A stretch of DNA of 64,000 nucleotides from Paraspadella gotoi (GCA_051294375.1 CM119267.1:17526937-17590936); one strand, 5' to 3'; counted from the stretch's first letter, positions 28,990-44,432 are shown. The notes: generated from the letters alone by a model not told the origin. Program-made: numbers and translations.

Positions 28990-29870
28990 TTTGTCCTCGT
29001 TTTTTTCGTCTTCTTCTTCTTCTTCTTCTTCTTCTTCTTCTTCTTCTTCTTCTTCTTCTTCTTCTTCTTCTTCTTCTTTGTCTTTGTCTTTGTCTTTGTC
29101 GTCTTTTTCGTCGACGTCGTCTTCTTCTTCATCGACATCGACGTTATCTTCTTATTCTTCGTCTTTTTCGTCGTCATTTTCTTCTTCGCCTTCGTCGTCT
29201 TCTTTGTCATCGTCGTCGTCTTCTTCATCAACATCGTCTTTTTCTTATTCTTCGTCTTCATCTTTTTCGTCGTCATTGTCGTTTTCTTCTTCGTCTTCGT
29301 CGCAGACTTCGATATCATCTTCGTCTTCGTCGTCTTTTTCGTCATGTCGTCGTTTTCTTCCTCGTATTTGTCGTCTTCTTCATCGTCGCCTTCGTTGTCT
29401 TCTTTGTCATCGTCATATTCTTCATCGAAATCAACGTCATCTTCTTCTTCATCGACATCGATGTCGTCTTATTCTTATTCTTCGTCTTCGTCGTTGTCGT
29501 TTTCTTCTTCGTCTTCGTCGTCTTCTTTGTCATCATAGTCGTCGTCGTCGTCTTCTTCTTCTTCTTCATCGAAATCAACATCGTCTTCATCTTCATCAAC
29601 ATCGACGTCGTCTCTTCTTATTCTTTGACTTCGTCGTCTTTTTCGTCATCGTCGTCGTTTTCTTCTTCGTCGTCTCCTTCAACGTCTTCTTTTTCATCGT
29701 CGTCATCATCGTCTTCTTCATCGACATCGACGTCGTCTCTTCTTATTCTTTGTCTTCGTCGTCTTTTTTGTCGTCGTCGTCGTTTTCTTCTTCGTCTTCG
29801 TCTTCGTCGTAGACGTCGTTATCGTCAGCGTCTTCGTAGTCATCGTCGCCATCTTTGTCTCCGCCGACGA
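28990..29870. repeat. Cryptic (TTC/TCG/TCA)n trinucleotide-derived low-complexity array with a recurring higher-order unit
   Basis: A pure (TTC)n seed at about 29011-29076, then recurring blocks such as ttcatcgacatcgacg..tcttattcttcgtc. The minus-strand D/E frame is interrupted repeatedly by TAA. Confidence 0.9.
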
Positions 29871-30824
29871 CAAATCGGACTAACGATGAAAAACCGTTGC
29901 TCTTTTCTTTTCTTTTCTTTTCTTTTCTCTTTTCTTTTCCCCGTCCGTCTTTTATTTCCGCCATTTTCTTCTGACTTTTCCTCTTCCTCCTTTTTTTGTT
30001 TTTTTCCTCCCCCTAAATCTCCTTTCCCTTTCCCCTTTTTTTTTTTTATCGTCCTCGTATATTTTCTTCCCTTTTTTTCCCCCAGAAAACCATGTTTTAT
30101 ATTTCCCACCTCTCTTTTCCTAAGTTTTAAAATTTCATTTCTCTTTTCCCCTCGATGTTATTCCATATATATCATAATTATTCATCAAAAAATTATTTTG
30201 ATATTCCGCCTTCTTCCAAACTCCCCGATTAATATTTTATTTTCTTTTTAATAATTATCCACTGTCCCTTCCCTCCCAAAAAAAAATGTTGTTTTCATTC
30301 CATTTTTCTCATTTTCTTGTTTATCTCGTTCGAACCGCGAAGACTCGGTCGAAAGAGGCAGCACTGGCGGCGGCGTCTTCATCGATTCCTATTCGCTTTT
30401 GACATTGAGACGAAAAAAAAGAAAAAAAGAAGAGTTTCCTCTCTCTCTCTCTCTCTCTCTTTTCCGATATAACCTGAAAAACACGGAGAGGAAAGTCGAG
30501 AGACATTGTCGCCGACGAGAAAAGCCTCGGGACTCTGGAGATGTTCTTTTTTAAAAATGCAATGCGTGGAAGACGATTTTGCGAGATGGTCTGGACTAAC
30601 CTGACTGCATGGACTTTTTACCGACCGTTTCCATTGTTATCATTTTTACTCTTTTGCGACGTTACTTGCCATTGTACCATGTAGATGAATGCTCAATTAC
30701 TCATGATAATATACTATCGTCGGTGAACGATCTTGATTGTCCCTTTGTCCCGATAATCGATCCAATTCCGACAAATTAATTTTTACCATCGGATTAGCGA
30801 GAAATTTTCTCTGCTCTCTCTCTA

Positions 30825-30867
<43 letters not shown>

Positions 30868-30868
30868 A

Positions 30869-30908
<40 letters not shown>

Positions 30909-31399
30909 TTGATAACCGTTTGACATTGAGCTAAGCCGCACAACGACGACGACGACGACGAACGACGATGAAGGACGATTTTTTATTCCCTCCCTCAATG
31001 AGGGCCTCATACTCGTCCTAATCAAATTTGCATGATAATACTCTGGGATCGTTAAAAGTCTTACCTCTCTCTCACCCTGAGAGCCCCGTCAATTTCCGAG
31101 GATGTTCCTTTGTCGTAGTAACGCGCACTTTTGCGCAGAGATCGCGCTGCATTAGGCAAATGGACAAGTTTAGTCTTTTATTTTACTATTTTTTGTTTAA
31201 GTTAGCCCTTCCCTAATCATTGTCATTGAAAGATGTAATCCCAGAAAATGAGAAGAGAGAAAACGATCAGTGTCAAGGAAGCTTCGAGAAATTTATTGTG
31301 GCTATTGAAAAAATATTGTTAAATTTGTTTATGTTTTAAGCTTTCTAAATTCCCACAGATCTTTCTTTCTGTCTTTCTTTCTTTCTTCTTTTGATTATT

Positions 31400-31501
<102 letters not shown>

Positions 31502-31920
31502 CCCCTTCATTTCCCCCCCTCCCGCAACCAACCACAATGATCTCCAGTTGATCTCCCCATTGTCGTAATAAATTAATGTGTCTCTCGCGGAGGCTTATTT
31601 GTTTCTCCTTGTCCCTTCCTTCCCTTTCATTTCCTAAATACGATAGGATTAGAAAAAAAGGGAACGTTGTTTTCTATTGAGCTTCGATGTAATTTTTGTG
31701 AGCTTCACAAAACCTTCTTTTCAAATTTGAAACATTTGTCCTCTCATCATCTAAAATTGAAATTTCATTGGACAGAAAAAGTAAAAGAATGAGACGAAAA
31801 TTTTATAAGAATTAATTAATAAAGCCTTCTCTGTCTGGGCTTATAATATATATATATATATATATTATATTTTTTGCAAGTTTTAACTTTTAACCAAGTA
31901 AAACAAAAAGAAATGCCATT

Positions 31921-32031
<111 letters not shown>

Positions 32032-32875
32032 ATTCGTTTTCACAAAAATTAATAGTGCAAGTCTGGATATTATTTTCGGTCTGAAATATCCTAGAATCTG
32101 TCATGTGATCAACGATTCCGCGTCATTAGAAACACCCGTCCGATTAGCGATTTTGAAATTTGGCTATCAAAGTCAGATTGCTTAAAAATTGAATTTAAAT
32201 TACGTTAAATTACGATTATAATAGTTTATAAAAGTAAATAACTTTTGACAAAAGCATGCGTCTCGTTTTTTGTTCGTAAACAGAGATATTGTGAAAATTC
32301 TTTCTTTTCGTTTCGAGATTAAATTTGAGATAAAAGATGAAGTCTTTTTAGAACAACGACTTCGTCTTTTATCTCAAAGTAAACAGAGACATAAAGAACT
32401 TTTTTTTCCAACAAAGCGCAAAATGAAGCAAGGATATTACTATTACTTGTATAAATGTAATATCTGAACGACAACAACAACAACACAATCCTCGGGAGAA
32501 TCGTCCTCCCAGTCACGCGTAGCGAAAAACAATCTCGCGATTTCTATAAATAACTTAATCGACCGCAAGAGGAAAACGAAATCGGAGAGTGAAAGGAGTC
32601 GAATCGAAAAAGCGAGGGGGGAAAAAAACCCAAAGAGCGACTAAGGCTAAAGACGAAACAATACGTAAATTTTGTATAAAATATTTCGTAATTTAGTGTA
32701 ATAATCAATATAATTTTAAAATTAATATTGTTCATTATTTTGGCAAAATGGAACAAAATACCGAATAGATTCGTGCGAGAACACAATGTTGTTGGTTACG
32801 CGTTCGCTAAATTTGTTTCCCCCTTTTTATTCGACGCCTTCTCAATAATCTTCGATCCCCGCCGCCCTGCCGACC

Positions 32876-32946
32876 GGCCACCGCCACCGCCACCGCCACC
32901 GCCACCGCCGCCGCCACCGCCACCGCCACCGCCACCGCCGCCACCA
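32876..32946. repeat. (CCACCG)n hexamer microsatellite
   Basis: Seen directly. It gives the poly-Pro / WRWR pseudo-ORFs. Confidence 0.95.
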
Positions 32947-33138
32947 CAGCCCTACCCGCCCTTCCCCCTTACCACCTCTGATTTTCTTTAAGCGCCCTCT
33001 TCCCCTGACCTTTCCTTTAAAATCTCTCAGGGCCGATATTAAGAAAAAAGTTTCCGCGCTCCCCACTGTGGCCACCGTTCAAGGGACAAACTCTCTCTCT
33101 TCTCTCTCTCTCTCTCTCTCTTCTCCTCCTCTCTCTCT

Positions 33139-33175
<37 letters not shown>

Positions 33176-34492
33176 CTCCTCTATGTTGTGAATTTTTGTT
33201 ACAAAGTCAACAAAAATGATTCACACCATGCCACCCACGAACGATTAAACAGATTGCGTTTACTGTTGAGTGTTTTACTGCACGTCCTGACCCAAATTGT
33301 GCTCCTTCCCCCCGCTAAGAAATTTCAAAAGTTAAAAATTAATAACAGAATAATTTTCTTCTGTCTTAAACTAAGAAAAAAAAAAAGTCTTTAAGGGAAA
33401 GGTCATTCAGCAAACAATATCGTAATCATTAATGTGTTAGAGCTAATAATATCGAGAAAACATTAAGTATCGTAATCACAAAAAAAATAGTTTCTTTTTT
33501 ATATGTAAACATTCCGTTTATTAAAAAGAATTTTTTAAATGGGTAATAACAAAATTGGTTAAGTAAATGGGTAAGGCACAGTTTCTAAAGATTCGTTTTC
33601 AATCTGGTGTTAAAATCTAGGTAAGAAATTAAACACGGTATGGGATAATTTAGAAGGGGAAGAATAAGCAATTAATCTCGTTACTCACTGTTGGTTTTCC
33701 AGTCATGAACAAAATCTTCATTAAATAGATGGTAAAGAAATTCGAGCTACAAATGAATCTACACTGAATTTTGAAGATTCAGCCTAACGACTGCATAATA
33801 TTGAATTAAAAATTTGATTAGCAATCTGAAAACATTTGGTAATGTAATAGAGAGACATTTGATAAACGCTGTCCGTTAGAAAGAAATTCAGGTTAAAGTT
33901 TAAAAACGTTTCATTTCAAGGGATACAAGTTGAAATTTAAAAATTGTCTCTCTATACATTTTCTAATTCAGTATAAAAAATTCATTAAAAAATATCAGGT
34001 GGAATTGGCCTTTTCGTGACCTGCAACTCTTCAGATAGGTTTTTTATTTTATATTATATAAACCGATATAAAATGGGGAGAATGCATCAAATGCTAAGTG
34101 AATACATTTTCGGATCGCCAGGAAGCTCAACTTTCTGAATTTTACCTCCATTTAGCCTATTTTAAAGTTGAATTTGATGACCCTTTTTCTTAAAACGATC
34201 TATTCGTTTTCCGTCCGTCGCATTTCCATTTTGCTTGTTCCTTTGTCGCTAATTCGCCCCATTACGCACTGACCCTTACCCTGACGCCTTAACACTAACT
34301 TTCCTTTCTCCCCGAATGCAAATCGAGGTCTAATCGTTTCTCACCGAAAAATTTCTTTAAAAATATTTGGGGGAGTGACCGGTGGTTGCAGAATGTGCGT
34401 GGTGGGCAGAGGGTTAGGTTTTGTGGGTGGATTGGAGATTGTCCTCGTGCGTGGTCGGTCAAAAAATGCGGCGAGAAATAAGAAAGGGAAAG

Positions 34493-34567
<75 letters not shown>

Positions 34568-34571
34568 GAAA

Positions 34572-34602
<31 letters not shown>

Positions 34603-36415
34603 AGAGGGCCAAATTGGTATTCCGATTCGGCTGAAATCATGAACTGAATCGCGGGTTGCACCAATTGAAACACACCACGAATTTTTGGATCTTCTCTCTC
34701 TTCTCTCTCTCTTCTCTCTCGTCTCTCTCTCTCTCTCTCTCTCTCATCTCTCTCTCTTCTCTCTCTCTCTCTCTCTCTCAAATTCCCCTCCATGTCTTTT
34801 TATCTTTTTGTGCAAGAGTAAATCTCAGCAAATAATCTCAAGATTTGAGACAATTTCCTTTTAAAATCAAACGCCATCTTTGACACGGATTTGAGCCGTG
34901 GGATTTTCTATGGAGAATAGTTCAAGTAATCAGATATGGTTCTATTACATCCGGATGAATCGCGTGAATCACAAAAGAGCATCTCTGTCGAGATTCGATC
35001 CCTCGACCGCCTGACGGGTCTTTTGGGCCCAAAAATGTCACTGAATGACATTCCGCTCATTCTTCGGTTGTCGTCTTTGAGTGTCAATCGAGGGCAAAAA
35101 AAAAGGCCGAACCCACGAAGAAGATTGGATTTTAGCCGGAAAAGAAAAATGATTTAAAAATATTTTTTTTAAAAATGAAAAAAAAAGGGGAAAAATATAA
35201 CTACGTCACAGAGAGGAAGGAAAAATAAAAGGCGAGTCAAAGGTTAACTATGGTGCGCTGTCTCCATAGAACTAGAACCTCTTTTTTTCTTTTAATAATT
35301 TTTTTGTTCAAAGAAAAGAAGAAAGAAAAAAAAAAAAGGATTCGAACCAAAATCGATTCGTTAAATTTTGATATATTTTTAACATTTTTTTATTACTCTC
35401 ACAAATGGCGAAAGGGTCGAGAAAAAAATTTATTTCGCCGAAGAAAGAAAACCGATGATGAAAATTTTGGGGTCGACGGAGCGCAGTTTGAGATCAAGAG
35501 GGTCAACGTCGCGGGTCAAACGACACTCGAAAAAGGAAAGGAAAGGAAAGGAAAGGAAAGGAAAGGAAAGGAACGGAAAGATAAGATTAGAAAAGAAAAG
35601 AAAGGAAAAGAAGACTTTTCGTTGACACAACAGAGGCAACTAGGTTAACCGGTCATCCTCGGAACTCAGAAGTTATCATTATTGCCGAGTTCATTGACCC
35701 CAAAACCATGAAGATTACTTTCGTCTCAAATATTTCCCTTCTAATTTCGTTTATTGCGCCACTCATGGTATGAGTCATACGGCAAAAACTCTGTCATTTC
35801 CTTTGTTCACATATAATGTCCAACCGCTCATCTTGCAACGCTCGCCGTCATCATTGAAACCCTAACAGATTAACCCCTCCACATCACCAAAACGACCCTT
35901 CCTGCCCCGTTTTCAGTTCTCAGTATCAAGCCTCTAGAGAGGCAGCGGTCAGAATGAAAAAAGGGATCTACGGATGATTTCACTCAGGATTTTGAAAAAA
36001 AGTATTATTAATATTAATATTAATATGAAGTCACCATCGTAATATAATTGTACGAACCGTTTCGATTGTATACACAGTGAAACGCTCACAGTCTATTTTC
36101 TTTCGCCTAATCGGCTGTGGTTCGTCGAAGTGTTTCCATTTATTACTTTCTCGCCGCGACGCGAGACGGTGGCGGCGGCTGCGGCGGCGGCTGCCGCGGC
36201 ACCGAGTGATTCCTTTAAAAAAGAAAATAAAAAAATTAATGTGTCAATTTCATCTTCTTTTTTTTTCGATCGACGTCAGCCTTTCAATTTGTCTGGATTT
36301 TTTCCGCCTGAATTAAGTCCGGCTGTCCGACAATCTGTCTTTACATTTTTTGCTATTTCGTGCGTCTTTCCTAATCTCTTATTTTTTCTTTCCTCTCTCG
36401 GTCTCCGTCTAGTAG

Positions 36416-36450
<35 letters not shown>

Positions 36451-38177
36451 NNNNNNNNNNNNNNNNNNNNNNNNNNNNNNNNNNNNNNNNNNNNNNNNNN
36501 NNNNNNNNNNNNNNNNNNNNNNNNNNNNNNNNNNNNNNNNNNNNNNNNNNNNNNNNNNNNNNNNNNNNNNNNNNNNNNNNNNNNNNNNNNNNNNNNNNNN
36601 NNNNNNNNNNNNNNNNNNTTCCTTTAATTGTCCTTTTCTATTATGTTTTCCCCGTACGAGTTAAGTATCCGATTTTTTTTTATGTTTTCTCTCCGTTTGG
36701 TGTCTTCACTAAAACTCTTCTTACATCCAATCAACTTTTTTTCTACTTTCTTTATCCTCCTTCACCCTTGTGCCTCACTTCTTTAACGAGTCACTCGATA
36801 ACCCCTGGAACGTTGAGGGGGTAGGTTTTAGGGCTTTGGGTAATGGGGAGGTCAGTCTTTCACTATTTTAAATTTGTCCTCCTCCAACAAAGTCTTTAAC
36901 ATCACACAGTTTTTCGTTCCACTTTAACTTTTCCTCTTTTTTTCTTTCGCCCCTATTCTTCCTTTTTTTCCCCCTTATTTCCTTTTCCTTTTTCTTCTCT
37001 TACCCTTTCCTCCCTCTTTCCACCTTTTTCAATTTTTCTCCGTCTGCTCAGAGTTGTGAAGGGCGTCCTGTAGAACTTGGCCAAACGACGGAGCAATTAT
37101 GATCCATGGAACCAGAGACGATTTGCTCGATTCCTTTTTTGACAAAAGGTTCTCTCTTTCTCTCTCTCTCTCTCTCTNNNNNNNNNNNNNNNNNNNNNNN
37201 NNNNNNNNNNNNNNNNNNNNNNNNNNNNNNNNNNNNNNNNNNNNNNNNNNNNNNNNNNNNNNNNNNNNNNNNNNNNNNNNNNNNNNNNNNNNNNNNNNNN
37301 NNNNNNNNNNNNNNNNNNNNNNNNNNNNNNNNNNNNNNNNNNNNNNNNNNNNNNNNNNNNNNNNCTCTCTCTCTCTCTCTCCTCTCCAGCTTAACTTCGC
37401 TTAACTTTTTATCTTTCCCTTTTTTTTTTCCTGTCACTCTTTTTTGTGTCTCCGATCCTTTTTTTCGTTTCTGTTCCACTCCATTCTTCCTCCCTCTTAA
37501 AATTTTTTTTTTATTTTCGGGTCCTTATCTATCTTGTTTCTCTTTCTTTTAATTTCTTTTCCTTCCAATTTTTTTTCTTTTTTGTGAAGTGTTCTTCTTT
37601 TACAATTCTACCATGTGCCTCCTTTTCTTAGACACTCTTTTATTTCCTTTTTCACACCTTAATATTTTTTCTCTCCCTTTTTTCCATCAAGCAGGGTGTC
37701 TGTTAAACCATAGAATTTATGCTTTTGTTAGGAAGTTCCGATCCGTTATTTAAACTGTGTAATGTTTTTACCAACACCAAAAACATGAAATGTATCACCC
37801 TTTTTTTGAATCTAAATAGTTAAAGGATGAATAAGTTTTTTTTGGTTTTCTCATTCATAATAATTGATATTGATTTTTATTTGGTGGAAGAACATTTTCT
37901 TAGACATTCTTTTCACTAATTCTCTTTCTCTTTTTTGCGTCTCCTCCCTTTGGCGAGACTAATATCAGAATTCTGATGAATCCCATAACTGATTTTTCCG
38001 ATTCATAAGTACCTAGGACATTTATCTCTCCCAAGCCTTTTAACCTTCATATTTCTCTCTCGCTCTCTCCCTTTCTCGATCGCTCTCTCTCTGACTCTAT
38101 CTCTCTTTTTCTATCTCTCTCTCTCCTAATTTCTTTCTCTCTTTTCTTATTTCACACTTATTTCACACTATCGTCAT

Positions 38178-38302
<125 letters not shown>

Positions 38303-39271
38303 GATTGAAAATAAAGTCTCACATATATCCTAGTGAAAGTTTTTTTTCCCTCACAAGAAAAAGGAAATTTAAGATTTTTTTCACAAGTTCTCTCTCTTTT
38401 TCACTCCGTCTAATTAGAATAAAAGAATTAGCAACGACCTTAGGCTTCGTTTGAAAATTGAAAACAAAAACTTTGCGATTATAAACGAAGAAGTAATGAG
38501 AAAAAAAAATTGTATTGTTATCGTTTCACTTTCGTCTAACGTGATAACAAAAATTCTTTCTAGTGTCTGTATGTCGTTAAACTTATAAGTAAATATCACA
38601 ACTTAAAATTTAAAACATCAAAGATAAAGATTCGCTATATCAAAAAATTAGTATTTGCCAAAGCGTCATCGCTTCCACATTAAATTATCCACTCATGACG
38701 AAGAAAGAAAATAGAGAATTAGCTATACGCCGAAAAATAAAGCCCAAATATTTTTTTCCTTGTGTTCATATTTTCCTCAAAAAACTTCATAATGAGATTC
38801 GGTCTTTCGAGTAAACGACTCGTTCTAATTATGAGAGCGCGTTTTGTTGTTATCGTTGTAGTTGTCGTTGTTGTTGTTGTTGTCATTAATCAGCGCGAAA
38901 ACGATTTTCTTCGCTCTTCTCTTCGACTCTTTTACTCGTCATTTTTCGTTTCCCTTTTATTTTCGTCACGTGACTATNNNNNNNNNNNNNNNNNNNNNNN
39001 NNNNNNNNNNNNNNNNNNNNNNNNNNNNNNNNNNNNNNNNNNNNNNNNNNNNNNNNNNNNNNNNNNNNNNNNNNNNNNNNNNNNNNNNNNNNNNNNNNNN
39101 NNNNNNNNNNNNNNNNNNNNNNNNNNNNNNNNNNNNNNNNNNNNNNNNNNNNNNNNNNNNNNNNNNNNNNNNNNNNNNNNNNNNNNNNNNNNNNNNNNNN
39201 NNNNNNNNNNNNNNNNNNNNTTCTTTCCCCATTATCCAAAAATCTCTGTCTCTATTCTTCCCACAGGAGCC

Positions 39272-39509
39272 ATGATGACGACGACGACGACGACGACCTA
39301 CATCCCCAAAATCGGATCCAACGACAGCGCCGCCAACGGCGCCGGGAACGCCGCCTTTTTCCTCGACTTTTTCGGCGCCGGAAACTTTTCCGAAGCTGGC
39401 GGCGTCGGCGTCGGCGTCGGCTTGGACTCGTCGGCGGAAACCGTCGACGACCGAAACCGAATCCTCATCGCGATCGTTCTCTCGCTCATTGACGCCGTCA
39501 CAGTTGTCG
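39272..39509 (+). CDS. 5-HT2-like receptor coding exon 1 (N-terminus and TM1)
   Basis: Acceptor CCACAG 5 nt before the ATG implies an upstream UTR exon. MMTTTTTTTYIPKIGSNDS...ILIAIVLSLIDAVTVV-G ends at donor GTAAGA (phase 1) and joins GA AAC at 43282 to form the TM1 GN motif. Confidence 0.9.
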
Positions 39510-42500
39510 GTAAGAACCCGGTCACTATTTGATAATGACGATGATGATGATAACGATGATAATGATAAACTCGACGCGGATGCCGATGAAGATGATGATG
39601 ATTGCGACGATAATGCTGACGACTTCGTCGTACGGTTTTCACCGACGTTGCGATTAAGGAAATTGATGATGTAAAAAGTTAAAGTTAAAGTCGTTAAAGT
39701 GCATACGTTGTTCCCATAGTTGTTGTTGTTGTTGTTGTCGTCTTTCCTCCCTCCGCTGTTTCGCCATCTTTTTTCGCTTATTGTTTTGTCATTTTTCGCT
39801 CCTCTTTTTTTTTCCAGACCGTTTCGNNNNNNNNNNNNNNNNNNNNNNNNNCAGCTCTGAAATGGATAATTCAAGTCTTAATCGGGCGATCTTATTGTTG
39901 GTTTTGTTTGTTTGTCTTTTTATCTAAATATAGCAATTTAATTATAATTTGAATATTGCGGTCCTTGCGCCCATCTTATTATTAAATGTAGTAAAGTTCC
40001 GCGTTCGAGTTTTCTTCCATTACTAAGTTTTTTAGGTAACTGTTTTTCTTTTGGTTTCTCCAAATTCGGGGTAAATTGTGCATTGGCTCTCTCTCTCTCG
40101 TTGCTGCTCTCTCTCTCTACTCTCTCTCGCTCGCTCTCTCTCTCTCATCGTCTTTCTCTTCGTCTCTCAGTCTCTCTCTCTCTGCTCTCTCTCTCGTCTC
40201 ATCATTCTCTCTCTGTTCTCTCTCTCGTGAAACCTGGGAGGAAGAAAAAAAAAAAAAAAAAAACCAAATTATGGGCAGATTATACTTTCAATTTGTTTTT
40301 ATAGCCAAGAGAAAATTGGAATCCGGCTGAGCAATGGGAGACGCTGAAACGTGTCTGGAAAAAAAAAAAACAAAACAAAAGAAAGGGGGAGAGCGAATAT
40401 AAATGACAAAGAAACACAGATGAAGCGAGAAATAAAGATGGCGGAAAAACTAACAGTAGCGGAGGATGGAGGGAAAGACCGACAACAACTCAAAACAAGC
40501 AACAACCTATTGGGAAGCATTAAACGTATGGCGCAACATTTACCGGACTTTATTAACTTTAATCGTTGTTTACATACATCAATTATTCCACTTAATCCGC
40601 CCAGACGCTCGGTGTAAAAAGTACCGTGACGAATCGACGGCGAAGTCGTCAGCATTATGCCGTCCTCAATCATTCATTCATCCGATGCTTTCATGATCGC
40701 GGCATATGCCCACGCTGGTGTGCGAGTTTATATATGCAATTATCTCGCATCGTTGATCCGATACATCTCAAATCTGTACATTATTCAATAGTGACCCGGT
40801 TCTTTCTTTCGCGACGACAACTGGTGGACGCGGACCACGCCGAGACCGCAGTATGTCATCCGACGGCGTCAATGAGCGAGAGTAACGAAATCCGCTGATG
40901 AGGATTCGGGATCGCGGAGTTTCGGTTGCGTTCGAGGACGCCAGGGTTTCACATGCCTCGTGTGCCGACGAGCTTCAAGCCGAGGACCGGGAGACGCACG
41001 ATGTATCAAGAAGGTACTCGAGACGTCACCGCGCAAGCCGCTAGCGAGAAGATCGAATAAAAGTTACCAAGAAAAGACAGCGAAGAGGGCGACAAGGCAC
41101 GCCACGCGTGCGAAAGTCGAGGGAAATAAAAGGCGGGCGGCGTTTGCCCGGCGCCGTTGGTCGGCGCTGGCGTTGGATCCGATTTGGGAATGTAGGTCGT
41201 GTCGTCGTCGTCAGTCGTCATCATGGCTTTTCCTGTGGGAAGTAAATAGAGAGCAGAGAATTTTTGGATATTGGGGAAGAGAGGTTGAGAAGAGCATAGA
41301 GAGAGAGAGAGAGAGAGAGATAGAGAGAGAGAGACAGAGAGAGAGAGCCAATGCAATTTACCCGATTTGGAAACCGAAAGAAAAACAGTTACCTTAAAAA
41401 ACCTAGTAAGGAAAATAACTCGAACGCGAACTTTACTACATAATAATAAGATGGCGCAAGGACCGAATATTCAAATTATAATAAATTCTATTTTAGATAA
41501 AAACAAACAAACAAACCAACAATAAGATCGCATTAAGACTGAATTATCCATTTCAGGGAGAAAGTCATTGAGAAGTCGGAAAATTATTTTTCTACAAACA
41601 CCAAACGAAATGACGGAGTGAAAAACCGTTATGCAAACATAACGAGTCGAGAGAAAAACAAAGTTTGTGACGCGAATCACTTTTGAGAATTGAATTTGTG
41701 AATCGAGAGAAGAAAAGACGTGAAGTGAATTAGGAGGAGAAAAAGTTTGTTGATGGAAGATTAAAGTTAAAATGTGAATCGGATGTTTAACAGAAGAAAG
41801 AAAGAAAGAANNNNNNNNNNNNNNNNNNNNNNNNNNNNNNNNNNNNNNNNNNNNNNNNNNNNNNNNNNNNNNNNNNNNNNNNNNNNNNNNNNNNNNNNNN
41901 NNNNNNNNNNNNNNNNNNNNNNNNNNNNNNNNNNNNNNNNNNNNNNNNNNNNNNNNNNNNNNNNNNNNNNNNNNNNNNNNNNNNNNNNNNNNNNNNNNNN
42001 NNNNNNNNNNNNNNNNNNNNNNNNNNNNNNNNNNNNNNNNNNNNNNNNNNNNNNNNNNNNNNNNNNNNNNNNNNNNNNNNNNNNNNNNNNNNNNNNNNNN
42101 NNNNNNNNNNNNNNNNNNNNNNNNNNNNNNNNNNNNNNNNNNNNNNNNNNNNNNNNNNNNNNNNNNNNNNNNNNNNNNNNNNNNNNNNNNNNNNNNNNNN
42201 NNNNNNNNNNNNNNNNNNNNNNNNNNNNNNNNNNNNNNNNNNNNNNNNNNNNNNNNNNNNNNNNNNNNNNNGGGGGGGGGGGAGAGGGGAAATGATTTTC
42301 GAAATCGTTTGTCTACGAACGAAACTGCTGAAGCAAAGAGTCGGAGATCAGGACCTGTCTCTGCGTTTCTTAGAATTTTCATTTGCCTTTAGTCCGATCC
42401 ATGGCATGGAATGGCATGGCTCTTTTCACGTTACGGTGTAATGCGTAATAAAGAGAATTACTATGATATCTGAGTAAATGAAGACGTGAATAGAAATGCA

Positions 42501-43561
42501 TCTTTAGGCCGCTTTGAAATGAGCCGCGACATGTCGTTAAGAGCGCTGTCGTCTGTGTCGGCGGCGGCGGCGGCGGCGGCGGCTGCGAGGGCGGCAGCGT
42601 CAGCGGCGAACGTAATTCGGTAGGCGTTTCCTCTTAAATTTTCCCACCCGTTTCAAATTGAAAAGACGCGAACATTTTTAAAATGCAAAGAAGCGTCTGG
42701 GTAAGACGCTTGTCTGGTTGATATATAAAGGCAGAGAAGCGTAAGAATTCTGCAGCGTGGGCCTTTTTTTTTTTTTTTTTTTTTTTTTTGACACTAAATA
42801 TTAAACGAAAATCCTTTAAAAAATGGGAAAAAAGGTAAAAATTTAAAAAAATTAAACGAGAAAGAATCGAGGCGGCAAGAAGTGGGAAAAAAAAGATGCG
42901 GGGAAAAGGTTATTATAAAAATGGGAAGGAAGATCTAACGAAGACGCCAACGGAAAAATATTAACAGTTTTAGAGAAGCGAAATAATGTGATAGGAAAAG
43001 ATTGATCGCCGTTGAAAGAGAAGATTCGAAATTAGTGAGGGAGAACATATTTATTGGCGTAGAAAATGAGATTTCTTTTTTGTTATTGTTTTTTTACGCT
43101 TGAATAATTTAGATCGTCTTTTATTGCTAGTTTCTCCTCAAGTCTTGGGGTACAACTGACTGAGTCTCATTATACTTCTCCAGAGATGAAATTTGTCAAA
43201 AGATTGATGATTAATACATAAATAACATAGTAAATCGACATTTCCCTTTTGTTTAAAACTTCTCCGTCCATCCCCAATCAGGAAACGTGATGGTCTGCCT
43301 AGCCGTCTACCACGAGCGCAAATTGCAAAACCTCTTCAATTTTTTCTTGGTTTCGTTGGCGCTCTGCGATCTCTTGCTCTCGCTGCTCGTTATGCCGATG
43401 GGCGTCGTCGTCAACTACATAGGTGAGCCCTTGGTTTCGGCTTTGTTGTTGGTTGTTGTGAGAAAATTATTTTTTTTGTGTATTGATGATCGTCTTTACA
43501 ACGAATTGTATGTCACTAACGTTCGCTCTCTCTATTTCTCTATTGTCTCTCTCTTCTCTCT

Positions 43562-43613
<52 letters not shown>

Positions 43614-44203
43614 CTTCCTCATCAGGTCGAAATTTAATCAAGCGAAGTTCTCTGTTGTACGATCGTTGATTTCCCCTGATTCCCCCACGTGAACCATTTC
43701 CTTGTCTCGGTTTTCTCGCCCTTTCTTCCTGTCTCTGTCTCGTAGATTTTCTGTCTCGCTCTCTCTCCTCTCTCTCCTCTCTCTCCTCTCTCTGCTCTCT
43801 CTCTTCTCTCTCTTCTACTCTTTTGAAGCGGCCTCAGTACCTCAATCTCTCTTATATCTGCAAAATGACCTACGGCTCGCTTTTCTTCAGCACATGCAAA
43901 TCGCAACCACCCGACTTGTCAATGTCGATTTTTGGTCTCTCCTTGCTCCAATTTTCTCATTTCACTCCTCTCTCTCTTCTCTCTCTCTCTTTCTCGTCAT
44001 CTCTCTCTCTCCTCCTCTCCTCTCTCTCTCTCTCTCTTCTATATATATATTATATTATATATATCTCTCTCTCATCGCCTCTCTCTCTTCCCATCTCACA
44101 AAGGAAACCCCACATCGTACCCAGAGATATTCCCATTTCCCGCCATCACNNNNNNNNNNNNNNNNNNNNNNNNNACTCTCTGCTCTACTCTCTCTCTCTC
44201 TCG

Positions 44204-44267
<64 letters not shown>

Positions 44268-44391
44268 ATCAGTCGATATTTTAATCAACAACAGTTCTGT
44301 TTACATATGACTTCGTGAACCATTCCTAGACACGCTTGTGTTGTTCTCGCCTTCTTTGTCATCTGTTCTCGTAGATTTCTGTCTCTGCCTC

Positions 44392-44432
<41 letters not shown>

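Noticed and set aside
40360-41280. Antisense paralog or inverted duplicate of receptor exon 1
   Set aside because: The heavy random insertion pattern next to a 25-N gap indicates an uncorrected long read.
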